A stretch of 64,000 bases of DNA from an uncultured Thermoleophilaceae bacterium (GTDB lineage: Bacteria; Actinomycetota; Thermoleophilia; Solirubrobacterales; Thermoleophilaceae), in contig CAWKDV010000003.1 of NCBI GenBank assembly GCA_963848495.1, positions 155,057 to 219,056 of the forward strand, read 5' to 3'. The notes under the pieces are model-generated. The model saw only the letters and a list, made by a program, of their open reading frames with translations. It ran no database searches and was not told the DNA's origin. The first letter of the stretch is position 1; every line of letters begins with the position of its first letter. A program made the translations under genes and the position numbers. This document shows, piece by piece, positions 10,191-18,950 of the stretch.

Positions 10191-11227
10191 GCCGCCGACT
10201 CGCGCCTGACCAGCTCCACCAGGTTGCCGAGCGCGAGGTTCACGTCCACGAGGTGGAGTCCCCAGCGCGGCCCCAGAGGGTCACCCACCACGGGACGCCC
10301 TCCCGGGTTGACCGCGTCCACCTGCAGCCAGCTCGCGCCGCCGGCCTGGGCGCAGTGGGCGCGGTAGAGCGCGGGGTAGGTGACCCACGGCGTGGAGACC
10401 TGCTGCGCGGGCGTCGACAGGAAGAAGGGTTGGAGCGTGGCCGTGCCACCGCCCGGCGCCGCGGGGTTCACGCACAGGTACCGCATGCCGGTGTTGCCGA
10501 AGATGCGGCCGAACAGCGCGTCGGCCGGAGGCATCTGGTCGAAGCTCGAGTAGGCCACCACGCAGCCGGTCTGCGTGAATGAGCGGCAGGCCGGCACGTG
10601 CTTGAAGCTGCCCCCTACCCCCCTGCCGGCCGGCACCTGCACCGCCGTGCCCGGCAGCAGCGCCGAGATCAGCCGCCGCCGCACGGACGGCTTGGGATCC
10701 ACCTCCGCCGCGATCAGCCGCACGAGCATGAACGACCCCTGCGAGTGGCCGATCAGCACGACCCCCCGGCCGTGGTTGTAGCGCCGCAGGTAGTCGCGCC
10801 ACGCCGCCGTGAGGTCGCCGAGAGCGATGTCGCGGGCGGCGGGCGTGACGGGGCCCACCTCGCCGAAGATCGCGGCGCGCGTGAGCTGCCGGTACATCGG
10901 CGCGAAGACGCGGCAGACCTGGGAGAAGCGCGAGGCCTGGATCGTGGCCACCGCCCGCTCCTCCGGGTCGATGCTCAGCGTCGCGTTCACCGTCTTCTGG
11001 TTGCTGACCGTCGGATAGACGTAGAAGCAGTCGACGGGCGGGGTCCTCCGGCTGGGGAAGCGCACGACCTTGCGCGCTCCCTGCGCGTCGATCGAGGTGG
11101 CCGTGCCGCTCGTGACGCACGGGTTGGCCCGCGTCCCGGGACGGCAGAGCCAGATGGTCTTGTGCGCCTGGGCGTCGGTCGCGCCGAGCGCGAGCAGGGC
11201 CGCGGCCAGCACCAGCAGCCTCTTCAT
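10178..11227 (-). CDS. Secreted DUF3089-type alpha/beta hydrolase (lipase-like)
   Basis: ATG at 11227 gives the signal peptide MKRLLVLAAALLALGATDAQA. Nucleophile elbow GHSQGS and the FAPMYRQ block as I recall for DUF3089. The longer 443-aa ORF extension is low-complexity. Confidence 0.7.
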   Translation of the reverse strand: MKRLLVLAAALLALGATDAQAHKTIWLCRPGTRANPCVTSGTATSIDAQGARKVVRFPSRRTPPVDCFYVYPTVSNQKTVNATLSIDPEERAVATIQASRFSQVCRVFAPMYRQLTRAAIFGEVGPVTPAARDIALGDLTAAWRDYLRRYNHGRGVVLIGHSQGSFMLVRLIAAEVDPKPSVRRRLISALLPGTAVQVPAGRGVGGSFKHVPACRSFTQTGCVVAYSSFDQMPPADALFGRIFGNTGMRYLCVNPAAPGGGTATLQPFFLSTPAQQVSTPWVTYPALYRAHCAQAGGASWLQVDAVNPGGRPVVGDPLGPRWGLHLVDVNLALGNLVELVRRESAAWLR

Positions 11228-11266
11228 CAAGGCGGAATCTAGCGGCCGTGCCGTACCCTCCGGCCC

Positions 11267-11917
11267 GTGGACCTGGGCCCCGTCGAGATCCGAGTGCTCG
11301 GCTGCCTCCTGGAGAAGCAGCGCACGACGCCGGACGCCTACCCGCTGACGCTCAACGGGCTGCGGCTGGCCTGCAACCAGAGCACGAATCGCGACCCGGT
11401 GGTGGACTACGACGAGCCGGAGATCCGCCACGCCCTGGAGCGGCTGGCGCGCCGGCGCCTGGTGCGGCTGGCGAGCGGGCACACCACCCGCGCCACCAAG
11501 TACCGCCACCTGCTCGACGACACGCTGTCACTGGACGACGCCGGCCTCGCCCTCCTCGCCGTCCTGATGCTGCGCGGCCCGCAGACGCCCGGCGAGCTGA
11601 AGCAGCGCACCGAGCGGTTGCACCCCTTCGCCGACCTGGCCGCGATCGAGAGCGGCCTCGACGCGCTGGCCGAGCGCGGTTTCGCCCAGCGGATCGGCCG
11701 CCGCCCGGGCCAGAAGGAGGACCGCTACCGGCATCTGCTGGGAGCGGACGAGGACGGCGACGAGCCGGCGGCCGAAGGCGCTCCCCAAGCCGCTCCCGAA
11801 GCGGCCCCGCGGCCCTCGCTGCCGGACCCGCTCGAGCAGCGCGTGGAGGCGCTCGAGCGCCAGCTGGGCGAGTTGCGCACCGAGCTCTCCGAGCTGCGCG
11901 AGCAGCTGGGCGGCTGA
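11267..11917 (+). CDS. YceH/DUF480 family protein
   Basis: The N-terminus VEIRVLGCLLEKQRTTPDAYPLTLNGLRLACNQSTNRDPV closely matches the YceH family pattern. Confidence 0.8.
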   Translation: MDLGPVEIRVLGCLLEKQRTTPDAYPLTLNGLRLACNQSTNRDPVVDYDEPEIRHALERLARRRLVRLASGHTTRATKYRHLLDDTLSLDDAGLALLAVLMLRGPQTPGELKQRTERLHPFADLAAIESGLDALAERGFAQRIGRRPGQKEDRYRHLLGADEDGDEPAAEGAPQAAPEAAPRPSLPDPLEQRVEALERQLGELRTELSELREQLGG

Positions 11918-12036
11918 CCGCACGCCAAGACTGCAGATAACCCCAGGGCAGGTTCGCCGGGGTGCTCCATTGGCGCACGAGCGCCCGAGACCGATGCTGC
12001 ATCCAGATGGATTTCAACCCGAATGGAGGCACGCAA

Positions 12037-14313
12037 ATGAGGCCGAATCTCGCGGAGCGCGCCGGCAGGTGGAGCGCCGCACACTGGAAGACCGCAACGT
12101 TCGGGTGGCTTGCGTTCGTGGCGATCGCGTTCGTTCTCGGGAACGCGCTCGGCGTGGTGAAGCTCACCGATACCGAGCAGGCCACCGGTGAGACCGCCCG
12201 CGCCGAGCGGATGCTCAACGGGGCGGGCTTCGCCGACCATGCCGGCGAGACCGTGCTGGTCCAGAGCCACAGCAAGACCGTCTCGGACCCAGCCTTCAAA
12301 CAAACCGTCAATCGCGTCGTGTCGAAGCTCGAGACGCTGCCGACGGTGAGAGACGTCCGCTCGCCGCTCGCGCAGGGCCGCGAGGGTCAGCTTTCCGCTG
12401 ACCGCCACTCGGCCCTCGTGCAATTCTCGATCAGCGGCTCCTCAGACACCGCCGACACGCGCGTCGAGCCGGTGCTGAACGAGGTCGCAAAGCTGCAGCA
12501 GGCCTCGCCCGGCTTTGTCGTGAGCGAGTTCGGCGACGCGAGCGCCAACCACGAGCTTGGCAAGGCGATCGACAAGGACCTCTCGCATGCCGAACAGCTG
12601 TCCGTGCCGGTCACCTTCCTCGTGCTGCTGTTCGCCTTCGGCGCCTTCGTGGCGGCCGGCATCCCGGTGCTGCTCGCCTTCTCGGGCGTGCTGGGCTCGT
12701 TCGGCCTCGCCGCGGCGATGAGCCACCTCTTCCACGCCTCGGACGCCACCAACTCGGTGATGCTGCTGATGGGCATGGCGGTGGGAGTGGACTACTCGCT
12801 CTTCTACCTGAAGCGCGAGCGCGAGGAGCGCCGCAACCGCGAGGCGCAGGACGCCCTCGCCCGGGCGGCGGCCACCTCGGGCCGGGCCGTCCTGATCTCC
12901 GGCGGCACGGTGATGATCGCCATGGGCGGCATGCTGTTCGCCGGCAGCAAGGTGTTCAGCTCGCTCGGCATCGGCGCCCTGCTGGTTGTGCTCACCACGA
13001 TGGTGGGCTCGCTCACGGTGCTGCCGGCGCTCCTCGGCAAACTGGGCGACCGCGTGGAGCGCGGCGTCCTCGCCGTCCTCGCGGCGCTGGTGCTGCGGCC
13101 GCTGCGCCGCTTCGGCCAGCCGCGGCCGCTCGTCTGGCTGCGCGACCGCCGGACGCTGCTCCGCCGCATGAAGGGCGACCGCGAGACCTCGCGGCTCTGG
13201 TCCGCGATACTGCGTCCGGCGCTGCGCTTCCCCGCCGTCGCGGCGGTGGTGGCGGCGGCCGGCCTGATCGTGTTGGCCACGCCGGTGTTCGGCATGCATC
13301 TCAAGCAGCTCAGCTTCAACGACCTGCCGCAGAACATGCAGATCGTGAAGAGCTACGAGAAGGTGCAGTCCGCCTTCCCCGGCGCGCAGATCCCGGCCGT
13401 GGTCGTGGTGAGGGCGAACGACGTGCGGGCGCCCGAGGTGCAACAGGCGATCGCCGGCATGCAGCGCGACGCGCTCGCCTCGCACCAGATGTTCGGCCCC
13501 GTCGACACCAAGGTGAACTCGGCCCACACGGTCGAGCGCGTTGAGATTCCGCTCGCGGGCGACGGCGAGGGCAAGACCTCGGTCGCCGCGCTGAAGACGC
13601 TGCGTGAGCGGGTCATCCCGGCCACGATCGGCACGGTGCCGGGCGTGGACTACGCGGTCACCGGCCAGACGGCGGGCGACCACGACTGGACCCAGACCAC
13701 CAAGCACCACGCGCCGATCGTGTTCGCGTTCGTGCTCGGCCTGGCGTTCCTGCTGCTTCTGCTGACCTTCAGGTCGGTTGTGATCCCGCTCACGGCGATC
13801 GCGCTCAACCTGCTGTCCGTGGGAGCGGCCTACGGCGTGCTCGTGTGGATCTTCCAGGAGGGCCACCTCCAGGGCCTGCTGGGCTTCCACTCGAGCGGCG
13901 GCATCGTCACCTGGCTACCGCTGTTCCTGTTCGTGGTCCTGTTCGGCCTCTCGATGGACTACCACGTGTTCATCGTGAGCCGGATCAAGGAGCTCGTGGA
14001 CCGCGGCGTGCCCACCGACGAGGCCGTCTCACGCGGCGTCGCCACCACCGCCAGCACGGTCACGTCGGCGGCGGCGGTGATGGTGGCGGTGTTCGCCATC
14101 TTCGCCACGCTCACCAGCCTGGACCTGAAGCAGATGGGCGTCGGGCTCGCCGTGGCGGTGCTGATCGACGCGACCGTGATCCGCAGCGTCCTCCTGCCGG
14201 CGACGATGAAGCTGCTCGGCAAGTGGAACTGGTACCTGCCCCGCTGGCTCGACTGGCTGCCGAAGGTGCGCGGCGAGCGGGCCCCCGGACGGGCGATCCC
14301 GGAGCTCGGGTGA
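12037..14313 (+). CDS. MMPL-family (RND superfamily) membrane transporter
   Basis: Two repeated halves, each with a periplasmic loop and a 5-6 TM bundle (GVDYSLFYLKRERE, GLSMDYHVFIVSRIKE). ATG at 12037 is preceded by GGAGG. Confidence 0.85.
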   Translation: MRPNLAERAGRWSAAHWKTATFGWLAFVAIAFVLGNALGVVKLTDTEQATGETARAERMLNGAGFADHAGETVLVQSHSKTVSDPAFKQTVNRVVSKLETLPTVRDVRSPLAQGREGQLSADRHSALVQFSISGSSDTADTRVEPVLNEVAKLQQASPGFVVSEFGDASANHELGKAIDKDLSHAEQLSVPVTFLVLLFAFGAFVAAGIPVLLAFSGVLGSFGLAAAMSHLFHASDATNSVMLLMGMAVGVDYSLFYLKREREERRNREAQDALARAAATSGRAVLISGGTVMIAMGGMLFAGSKVFSSLGIGALLVVLTTMVGSLTVLPALLGKLGDRVERGVLAVLAALVLRPLRRFGQPRPLVWLRDRRTLLRRMKGDRETSRLWSAILRPALRFPAVAAVVAAAGLIVLATPVFGMHLKQLSFNDLPQNMQIVKSYEKVQSAFPGAQIPAVVVVRANDVRAPEVQQAIAGMQRDALASHQMFGPVDTKVNSAHTVERVEIPLAGDGEGKTSVAALKTLRERVIPATIGTVPGVDYAVTGQTAGDHDWTQTTKHHAPIVFAFVLGLAFLLLLLTFRSVVIPLTAIALNLLSVGAAYGVLVWIFQEGHLQGLLGFHSSGGIVTWLPLFLFVVLFGLSMDYHVFIVSRIKELVDRGVPTDEAVSRGVATTASTVTSAAAVMVAVFAIFATLTSLDLKQMGVGLAVAVLIDATVIRSVLLPATMKLLGKWNWYLPRWLDWLPKVRGERAPGRAIPELG

Positions 14314-15959
14314 GCATGGTGGGAGCGATCCTGCGGCCACTCGGGCAGGCGCGGACCTACAGGGCGCTGGCGTTCTTCGCCAGCGCCCTGGCCCTGGCCG
14401 GCCTCTGGCTCGCCTTCCTGATCACGGGCTGGACGCTCGTCGCGGTCGTGTCGATCACGCCGCTGATCGTGCCGGCGATGATCGCTCTCGGCTACGCCAC
14501 TCGCGGCGTGGCATGGGCCGAGGCGGGCCTCGCTCGTCACCTGCTCGGCGCCGACATCACGCCGCCCCGGCCGAAGATGGGCGGGCGCGGCTTCTGGGCG
14601 CGAGGCTGGGCGGTGGCCACCGACCTCGCCTTCTGGCGGGCGCAGGCGTACCTCGTGCTGCGCACGACCCTGGGCTTCGGCCTCGCCATCGCGTTCGTCA
14701 CGGTGCTGGCCGTGGGCTTCGGGCTGGTGTTCGCGCCCGCCTGGTACTGGGCGGCCAAGGATGGGATCGACGTCGGCATCTGGCACATCCACACGCTGCC
14801 CGGTGCGCTGGCACTCATCCCGGTCGGCGTCGCCGTCCTGATCGCCGCCGCCCACCTCGTCGCCCCGGTCGCTGGCCTCTGGCGTACGCTCTCCTCCACT
14901 CTGCTCGGCGAGTTCGAAGTACGCGCACCGACCCTCGATTACGCCCGCGCGACGCGCAGGCGCGCGGTGATCATCCATGCGCTGGTCGTGGGCGGGCTGA
15001 ACCTCGTCCTGATCCTGATCTGGGCGCTGACCTCTCGCGGCAACTTCTGGCCCGTCTGGACGATCCTCGCGCTCGGCCTGCCGCTCGGCATCCACGCCTG
15101 GATCACCTGGGTGCTGGCCCGGCCGGAGGTCTGGCGCCGGCGGCACCTCAATGAGGCCTTCGGCATCCACACCGGCGTGTGGGTGTGCCTCAACGTCTTC
15201 AACATCGGCGTCTGGGCCGCCAGCTCGCGCGGCTACTTCTGGCCCGTCTGGACGATGCTGGCCGCCGCGATTGCCCTCGGCGCACACGCCGCCGCGCTGC
15301 TCCTGTCCAAGCGCGACAACGAGGCGCTCACCGAGCGCATCTCCACCCTCGAGACCTCCCGCGCGGGCGCGGTGGACGTGCAGGAAGCCGAGCTGCGGCG
15401 CATCGAGCGCGACCTGCACGACGGCGCGCAGGCGCGGCTCGTCGCGCTCGGCATGAGCCTGGGCATGGCCGAGCAGAAGCTGGCCGCCGACCCCGACGCC
15501 GCTCGAGCGCTCCTCGAGGAGGCGCGCACAGGCGCGGGCGAGGCGCTGCGCGAGCTGCGCGACCTGGCCCGCGGGATCCACCCGCCGGTGCTCGCGGATC
15601 GCGGCCTCGCCGCGGCGATCCAGGCGCTCGCCGCCGCCAGCCCGATAACCGTGTCGGTGGCGGTGGACACCCCCGAGCGGCCCAAGCCGCCTGTCGAGAG
15701 CGCCGCCTACTTCGTCGTGGCCGAGTCGCTCGCCAACGCCGGCAAGTACGCCCGTGCCACGCACGTCGACGTGCGCGTGACGCGCGTCGGCGACGTGCTG
15801 TCGGTCACGGTCACGGACAACGGCGTGGGCGGCGCCGACCCCGCCGGCGGCGGCCTGAGCGGGCTCGGCCGGCGCGTCGAGGCGCTGGACGGGACGCTCA
15901 GGGTCGCCAGCCCGCCGGGCGGGCCGACCACGATCCGCGCCGAGCTCCCATGCGGGTAG
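14310..15959 (+). CDS. Sensor histidine kinase, NarL/HisKA_3 type, with multi-TM sensor region
   Basis: GTG overlaps the MMPL stop (GTGA); an alternative ATG is at 14316. Repeated TM pairs carry SRGNFWPVWT / SRGYFWPVWT. H-box ERDLHDGAQARL, followed by an HATPase_c-like C-terminus. Confidence 0.85.
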   Translation: MSMVGAILRPLGQARTYRALAFFASALALAGLWLAFLITGWTLVAVVSITPLIVPAMIALGYATRGVAWAEAGLARHLLGADITPPRPKMGGRGFWARGWAVATDLAFWRAQAYLVLRTTLGFGLAIAFVTVLAVGFGLVFAPAWYWAAKDGIDVGIWHIHTLPGALALIPVGVAVLIAAAHLVAPVAGLWRTLSSTLLGEFEVRAPTLDYARATRRRAVIIHALVVGGLNLVLILIWALTSRGNFWPVWTILALGLPLGIHAWITWVLARPEVWRRRHLNEAFGIHTGVWVCLNVFNIGVWAASSRGYFWPVWTMLAAAIALGAHAAALLLSKRDNEALTERISTLETSRAGAVDVQEAELRRIERDLHDGAQARLVALGMSLGMAEQKLAADPDAARALLEEARTGAGEALRELRDLARGIHPPVLADRGLAAAIQALAAASPITVSVAVDTPERPKPPVESAAYFVVAESLANAGKYARATHVDVRVTRVGDVLSVTVTDNGVGGADPAGGGLSGLGRRVEALDGTLRVASPPGGPTTIRAELPCG

Positions 15960-16609
15960 TGATCGCCGAAGACCTGGCGCTCTTGCGCGACGGCCTCGAG
16001 CGACTGCTGCGCGACAACGGCTTCGACGTGGTTGCCGCGGTGGCCGACGCCCCCTCTCTGATCGAGGCGGTGGCCCACCACAAGCCCGACATCGCGGTGG
16101 TGGACATCCGCCTGCCGCCCGACTTCCGCGACGAGGGCCTGCGCGCCGCCCTCGAGCTGCGCCACAACCACCCGGACACGGCCGTGCTGATGGTGTCCCA
16201 GTACGTCGAGCAGACCTACGCGGCGGAGCTGCTGGCCGAGGGCCGCGGCGGCGTGGGCTACCTGCTGAAGGACCGCATCATGGACGTGCGCGACTTCGTC
16301 GACGCCGTGCAGCGAGTGGCTCGCGGCGGCACCGCGCTCGACCCCGACGTCGTGGCCCAGCTCGTGTCCCGCAGCGGCGACGACGGCCCGCTCTCCGAGC
16401 TCACCCCGCGCGAGCGCGAGGTGCTCGGCCTGATGGCCGAGGGCCGCTCGAACGCCGGCATCGCCGAAGCGCTGGTGCTCACGGTCGGCGCCGTGGAGAA
16501 GCACATCGCCAGCATCTTCGGAAAGCTGCGCCTGCACCAGTCGGACAGCGACCACCGGCGGGTGCTGGCGGTGCTGGCGTATCTGCAGGGGACAGTTCCT
16601 AGTTCTTAG
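15950..16609 (+). CDS. LuxR/NarL-family response regulator
   Basis: Receiver domain (MRVVIAEDLALLRDG...VVDIRLPP) plus a LuxR HTH (LTPREREVLGLMAEGRSNAGIA). Overlaps the kinase stop by 10 nt. Confidence 0.9.
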   Translation: MRVVIAEDLALLRDGLERLLRDNGFDVVAAVADAPSLIEAVAHHKPDIAVVDIRLPPDFRDEGLRAALELRHNHPDTAVLMVSQYVEQTYAAELLAEGRGGVGYLLKDRIMDVRDFVDAVQRVARGGTALDPDVVAQLVSRSGDDGPLSELTPREREVLGLMAEGRSNAGIAEALVLTVGAVEKHIASIFGKLRLHQSDSDHRRVLAVLAYLQGTVPSS

Positions 16610-16678
16610 TGCCTAGTGCCTAGAGAGGTGGGCTGCGTCGTTCTCTAGGCACTGGTCACTAGCCACTAGGCACTAGGA
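16594..16678. repeat. CTAG-rich palindrome built from phased heptamers (CCTAGTG / CACTAGG units); probable bidirectional terminator
   Basis: Left arm is CCTAGTT CTTAGTG CCTAGTG CCTAGAG. Right arm is CTCTAGG CACTGGT CACTAGC CACTAGG CACTAGG. The core stem is CCTAGAGA/TCTCTAGG. It fills the whole gap between convergent genes and reaches into the last codons of the response regulator. Confidence 0.6.
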
Positions 16679-16679
16679 C

Positions 16680-16967
16680 CTACTCCACCAGCCGCTTGAG
16701 CATCTCGCGCAGCCGCGGGGTCTCCTTCAGCGCGGCTCGCAGGCCCTCGAACGAGTCCTCGCCGTCGATCATCATCGGGCTGCGCTGGAAGCGCCCGTCC
16801 AGGTTGTAGTAACAGAAGCGGATGCCGTGCCAGCCGGGATGGCCCTCGAACTCGAGCAGCTGGATCGCAGGCTCCGTGTGCTTGCCGGTGTAGGCCGCCT
16901 CCTCGACGATCTGGCCGCCTCCCCAGTGGAAGTTGAACTCGCGCGGGACCTCTCGCTGGCCGGGCAT
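16680..16967 (-). CDS. Hypothetical protein (95 aa)
   Basis: ATG start, strong G/C at third positions, non-repetitive sequence (FNFHWGGGQIVEEAAYTGKH...). No family recognised. Confidence 0.55.
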   Translation of the reverse strand: MPGQREVPREFNFHWGGGQIVEEAAYTGKHTEPAIQLLEFEGHPGWHGIRFCYYNLDGRFQRSPMMIDGEDSFEGLRAALKETPRLREMLKRLVE

Positions 16968-16996
16968 GTGACTCCTTTCGACGTGCTGCCGCGACG

Positions 16997-17377
16997 TTAC
17001 GGCAGCGGCACCAGGTCCGGCTCCACGAAGGCCGCGCGCGCCTCGTCGCTGAAGAGCAGCTCGCGGCTGTAGTGGGCGCTCAGGAGGTCGCGCCGCAGGA
17101 GCTGGGGATGTCGCTCCAGGAAGTCGGCGAACTCCGCGCTTCCGCTCTCCATGGTCAGGTGGCCCACCACGCGTGCCCAGCCCACCGTGAGCGTCTCGTG
17201 GTACTTGCCGGGGGCGCCCAGCTTGGCCGCCAGCGCGCGGATGCGGCGGGCGCCCTCGACGGCGCCCTCCACCCCGCTCCGGCGGGCGTAGGCGAACGCC
17301 ATCCGCACGTGGTCCTCGTGGCTGAACCCCTCGAGCGTCCCGGCCTCGAAGCGGGCCAGGAAGTCGTCGTCGGTCAT
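16997..17377 (-). CDS. Hypothetical protein (126 aa), co-transcribed with a MarR regulator
   Basis: Start overlaps the MarR stop (ATGA). Coding-like composition. No family recognised. Confidence 0.6.
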   Translation of the reverse strand: MTDDDFLARFEAGTLEGFSHEDHVRMAFAYARRSGVEGAVEGARRIRALAAKLGAPGKYHETLTVGWARVVGHLTMESGSAEFADFLERHPQLLRRDLLSAHYSRELLFSDEARAAFVEPDLVPLP

Positions 17378-17790
17378 CGCTCCGCCGCCTCGTCGAGCGC
17401 CGCGAGTACGTCGTGGAAGCCCTTCGCCGAGCGCGCGGACACGCCGGCGAGCGCCGCCTCCTCGAGCGCCCGGAAGGCCTCCCTGACCCGCGCGGCGGCC
17501 ACCCGGCCGTCGCCGGTGAGGGAGACCCTGAAGGAACGCCTGTCGTGCGGGTTGAGCTGCCGCTCCACCAGGCCGCGGCGTTCGAGCCGGTCGAGCACGC
17601 CGGTCAATGTCGAGGCTCGCTGGCCGGTGGCGCGCTGGAGCTGAGCCACGGTGGCGTCCTCGTCGAGCTGAGCGAGAGCGTTCACCTCGCCGTGGCTCAG
17701 GCCGAGGTCAGCCAGATCGCGCCCGAGCTTCTCCAGAACGCGGTGGACCGTCGCCTCGAGCGCCGAGATCAGGTTCGCCGTCACGACCAT
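17374..17790 (-). CDS. MarR-family transcriptional regulator
   Basis: Winged-helix MarR pattern (LSHGEVNALAQL..., VERQLNPHDRRSFRVSLT). Confidence 0.85.
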   Translation of the reverse strand: MVVTANLISALEATVHRVLEKLGRDLADLGLSHGEVNALAQLDEDATVAQLQRATGQRASTLTGVLDRLERRGLVERQLNPHDRRSFRVSLTGDGRVAAARVREAFRALEEAALAGVSARSAKGFHDVLAALDEAAER

Positions 17791-18898
17791 ACGGTATCGA
17801 ATATTTCGATTTCGTAGTAGTGGTCTCGGCGGACGGATTTGCTTCCAGCTGCCAGGCGTAGGTCTCCTCCATCGGCCGCACCCACAGCTCCTCCACCGTC
17901 AGCTTGACCGTGACGATGATCGGGACTGCCACGAGCAGCCCGGCGAAGCCGAACAGGCGGTCCACGGCCAGCACGCCCACCGCCACCAGAGCCGGCGGAA
18001 GCCTCACCGCGCGCGACATGACGAGCGGCGAGAGCAGGTCGCCCTCGACGAAGTGGGCTACGAGATACAACCCGGCGACGAGGAGCGCCTTGCCAGGCGA
18101 GACGGTGACCGCATACGCGATCGCCGGCACGGCGCTGACCAGCGCGCCGAAGTAGGGAACCACCGTGGCGAGCGCGGTCAGCGTGGCGAACACGACCGCG
18201 TAGTTGAGACCGATCAGCTCGAGCCCGGCAAAGGTGAGGACCCAGAGCGCCGCCATCGCCACGACCAGCCCGCGCAGCCAGCCGACGTACGCCGCGGCCA
18301 GCCGCTCGAAGAGGCGCACGAGATCGGAGCGCTTCGGCGGCGGGGCCAGACGCAGCAGCCCGCCGACCAGCGGCTCCGGGCGGATGGCGGTGAACACGGC
18401 AGTGAGGAGCACGGCGACCGCGGTGGTCACGATCCCGGCCACCGTGGCGCCAACCTGCGTGGCCGGGCCGAGCAGCTTCTGAGGATGGCGGGTGTATCCG
18501 TTGACCCACTTCTGGAGGCTCGCGCCGAAGCTGGTGTGCGAGTTCGGGTTCAGCTTGTGCTGGAGCGACTGCACGGTTGCGGGCAGCCCCCTCACCAGCT
18601 CGCGGCCCTCGTTGATGAAGCTAGGCACGAGCAGGGCGATCACTCCGCCCAGGACCGCGAGCGCCAGGATCAGCGTCAGCGGAACACCGACGAAGCGCGG
18701 CACGCGCACCCGCTCGAGCCAGGTCGCGACGCGCGCCAGCGGGATGGCGATGATGACTACCAGCAGCACGAGCAGCAAGAGGCCGATGACCTGGGGGAAG
18801 ACCAAGACCAGCGCGACGAGAACGAAGACCAGGAACACGGTTCGCACCACCAGCGCCGGCACCCAGGCGCGCGGCCGGTCCTCGCTCGCGTGATACAC
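17708..18898 (-). CDS. AI-2E family transporter (PerM/UPF0118)
   Basis: Polytopic protein with an AI-2E-type core (VPYFGALVSAVPAIAYA, GDLLSPLVMSRAV). The last ~35 codons lose G/C at third positions and overlap the MarR start by 83 nt, so the functional C-terminus is probably shorter than the ORF. Confidence 0.75.
   Translation of the reverse strand: MYHASEDRPRAWVPALVVRTVFLVFVLVALVLVFPQVIGLLLLVLLVVIIAIPLARVATWLERVRVPRFVGVPLTLILALAVLGGVIALLVPSFINEGRELVRGLPATVQSLQHKLNPNSHTSFGASLQKWVNGYTRHPQKLLGPATQVGATVAGIVTTAVAVLLTAVFTAIRPEPLVGGLLRLAPPPKRSDLVRLFERLAAAYVGWLRGLVVAMAALWVLTFAGLELIGLNYAVVFATLTALATVVPYFGALVSAVPAIAYAVTVSPGKALLVAGLYLVAHFVEGDLLSPLVMSRAVRLPPALVAVGVLAVDRLFGFAGLLVAVPIIVTVKLTVEELWVRPMEETYAWQLEANPSAETTTTKSKYSIPYGRDGEPDLGARGDGPPRSGEARARSG
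17796..17810. promoter_or_regulatory. Perfect palindrome ATCGAA-TAT-TTCGAT, candidate MarR operator
   Basis: A 6-3-6 inverted repeat in a locally AT-rich patch, ending 6 nt upstream of the MarR ATG (17790). Confidence 0.45.
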
Positions 18899-18950
18899 GC
18901 CGCTGTCCTACCCGGCGCCAACCGTTCGATGCCGCGCGTTTTGCGCCAGG

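Noticed and set aside
10178-11509. Longer 443-aa version of the DUF3089 hydrolase ORF
   Set aside because: The extra 94 N-terminal residues are low-complexity and overlap the divergent YceH-like gene. An internal ATG at 11227 gives a textbook signal peptide.
16594-16678. Heptamer arrays at 16594-16678 and 48488-48554 as CRISPR-like repeats
   Set aside because: The units are 7 nt, contiguous and without spacers, and are arranged as inverted arms. There are no cas genes in the window.
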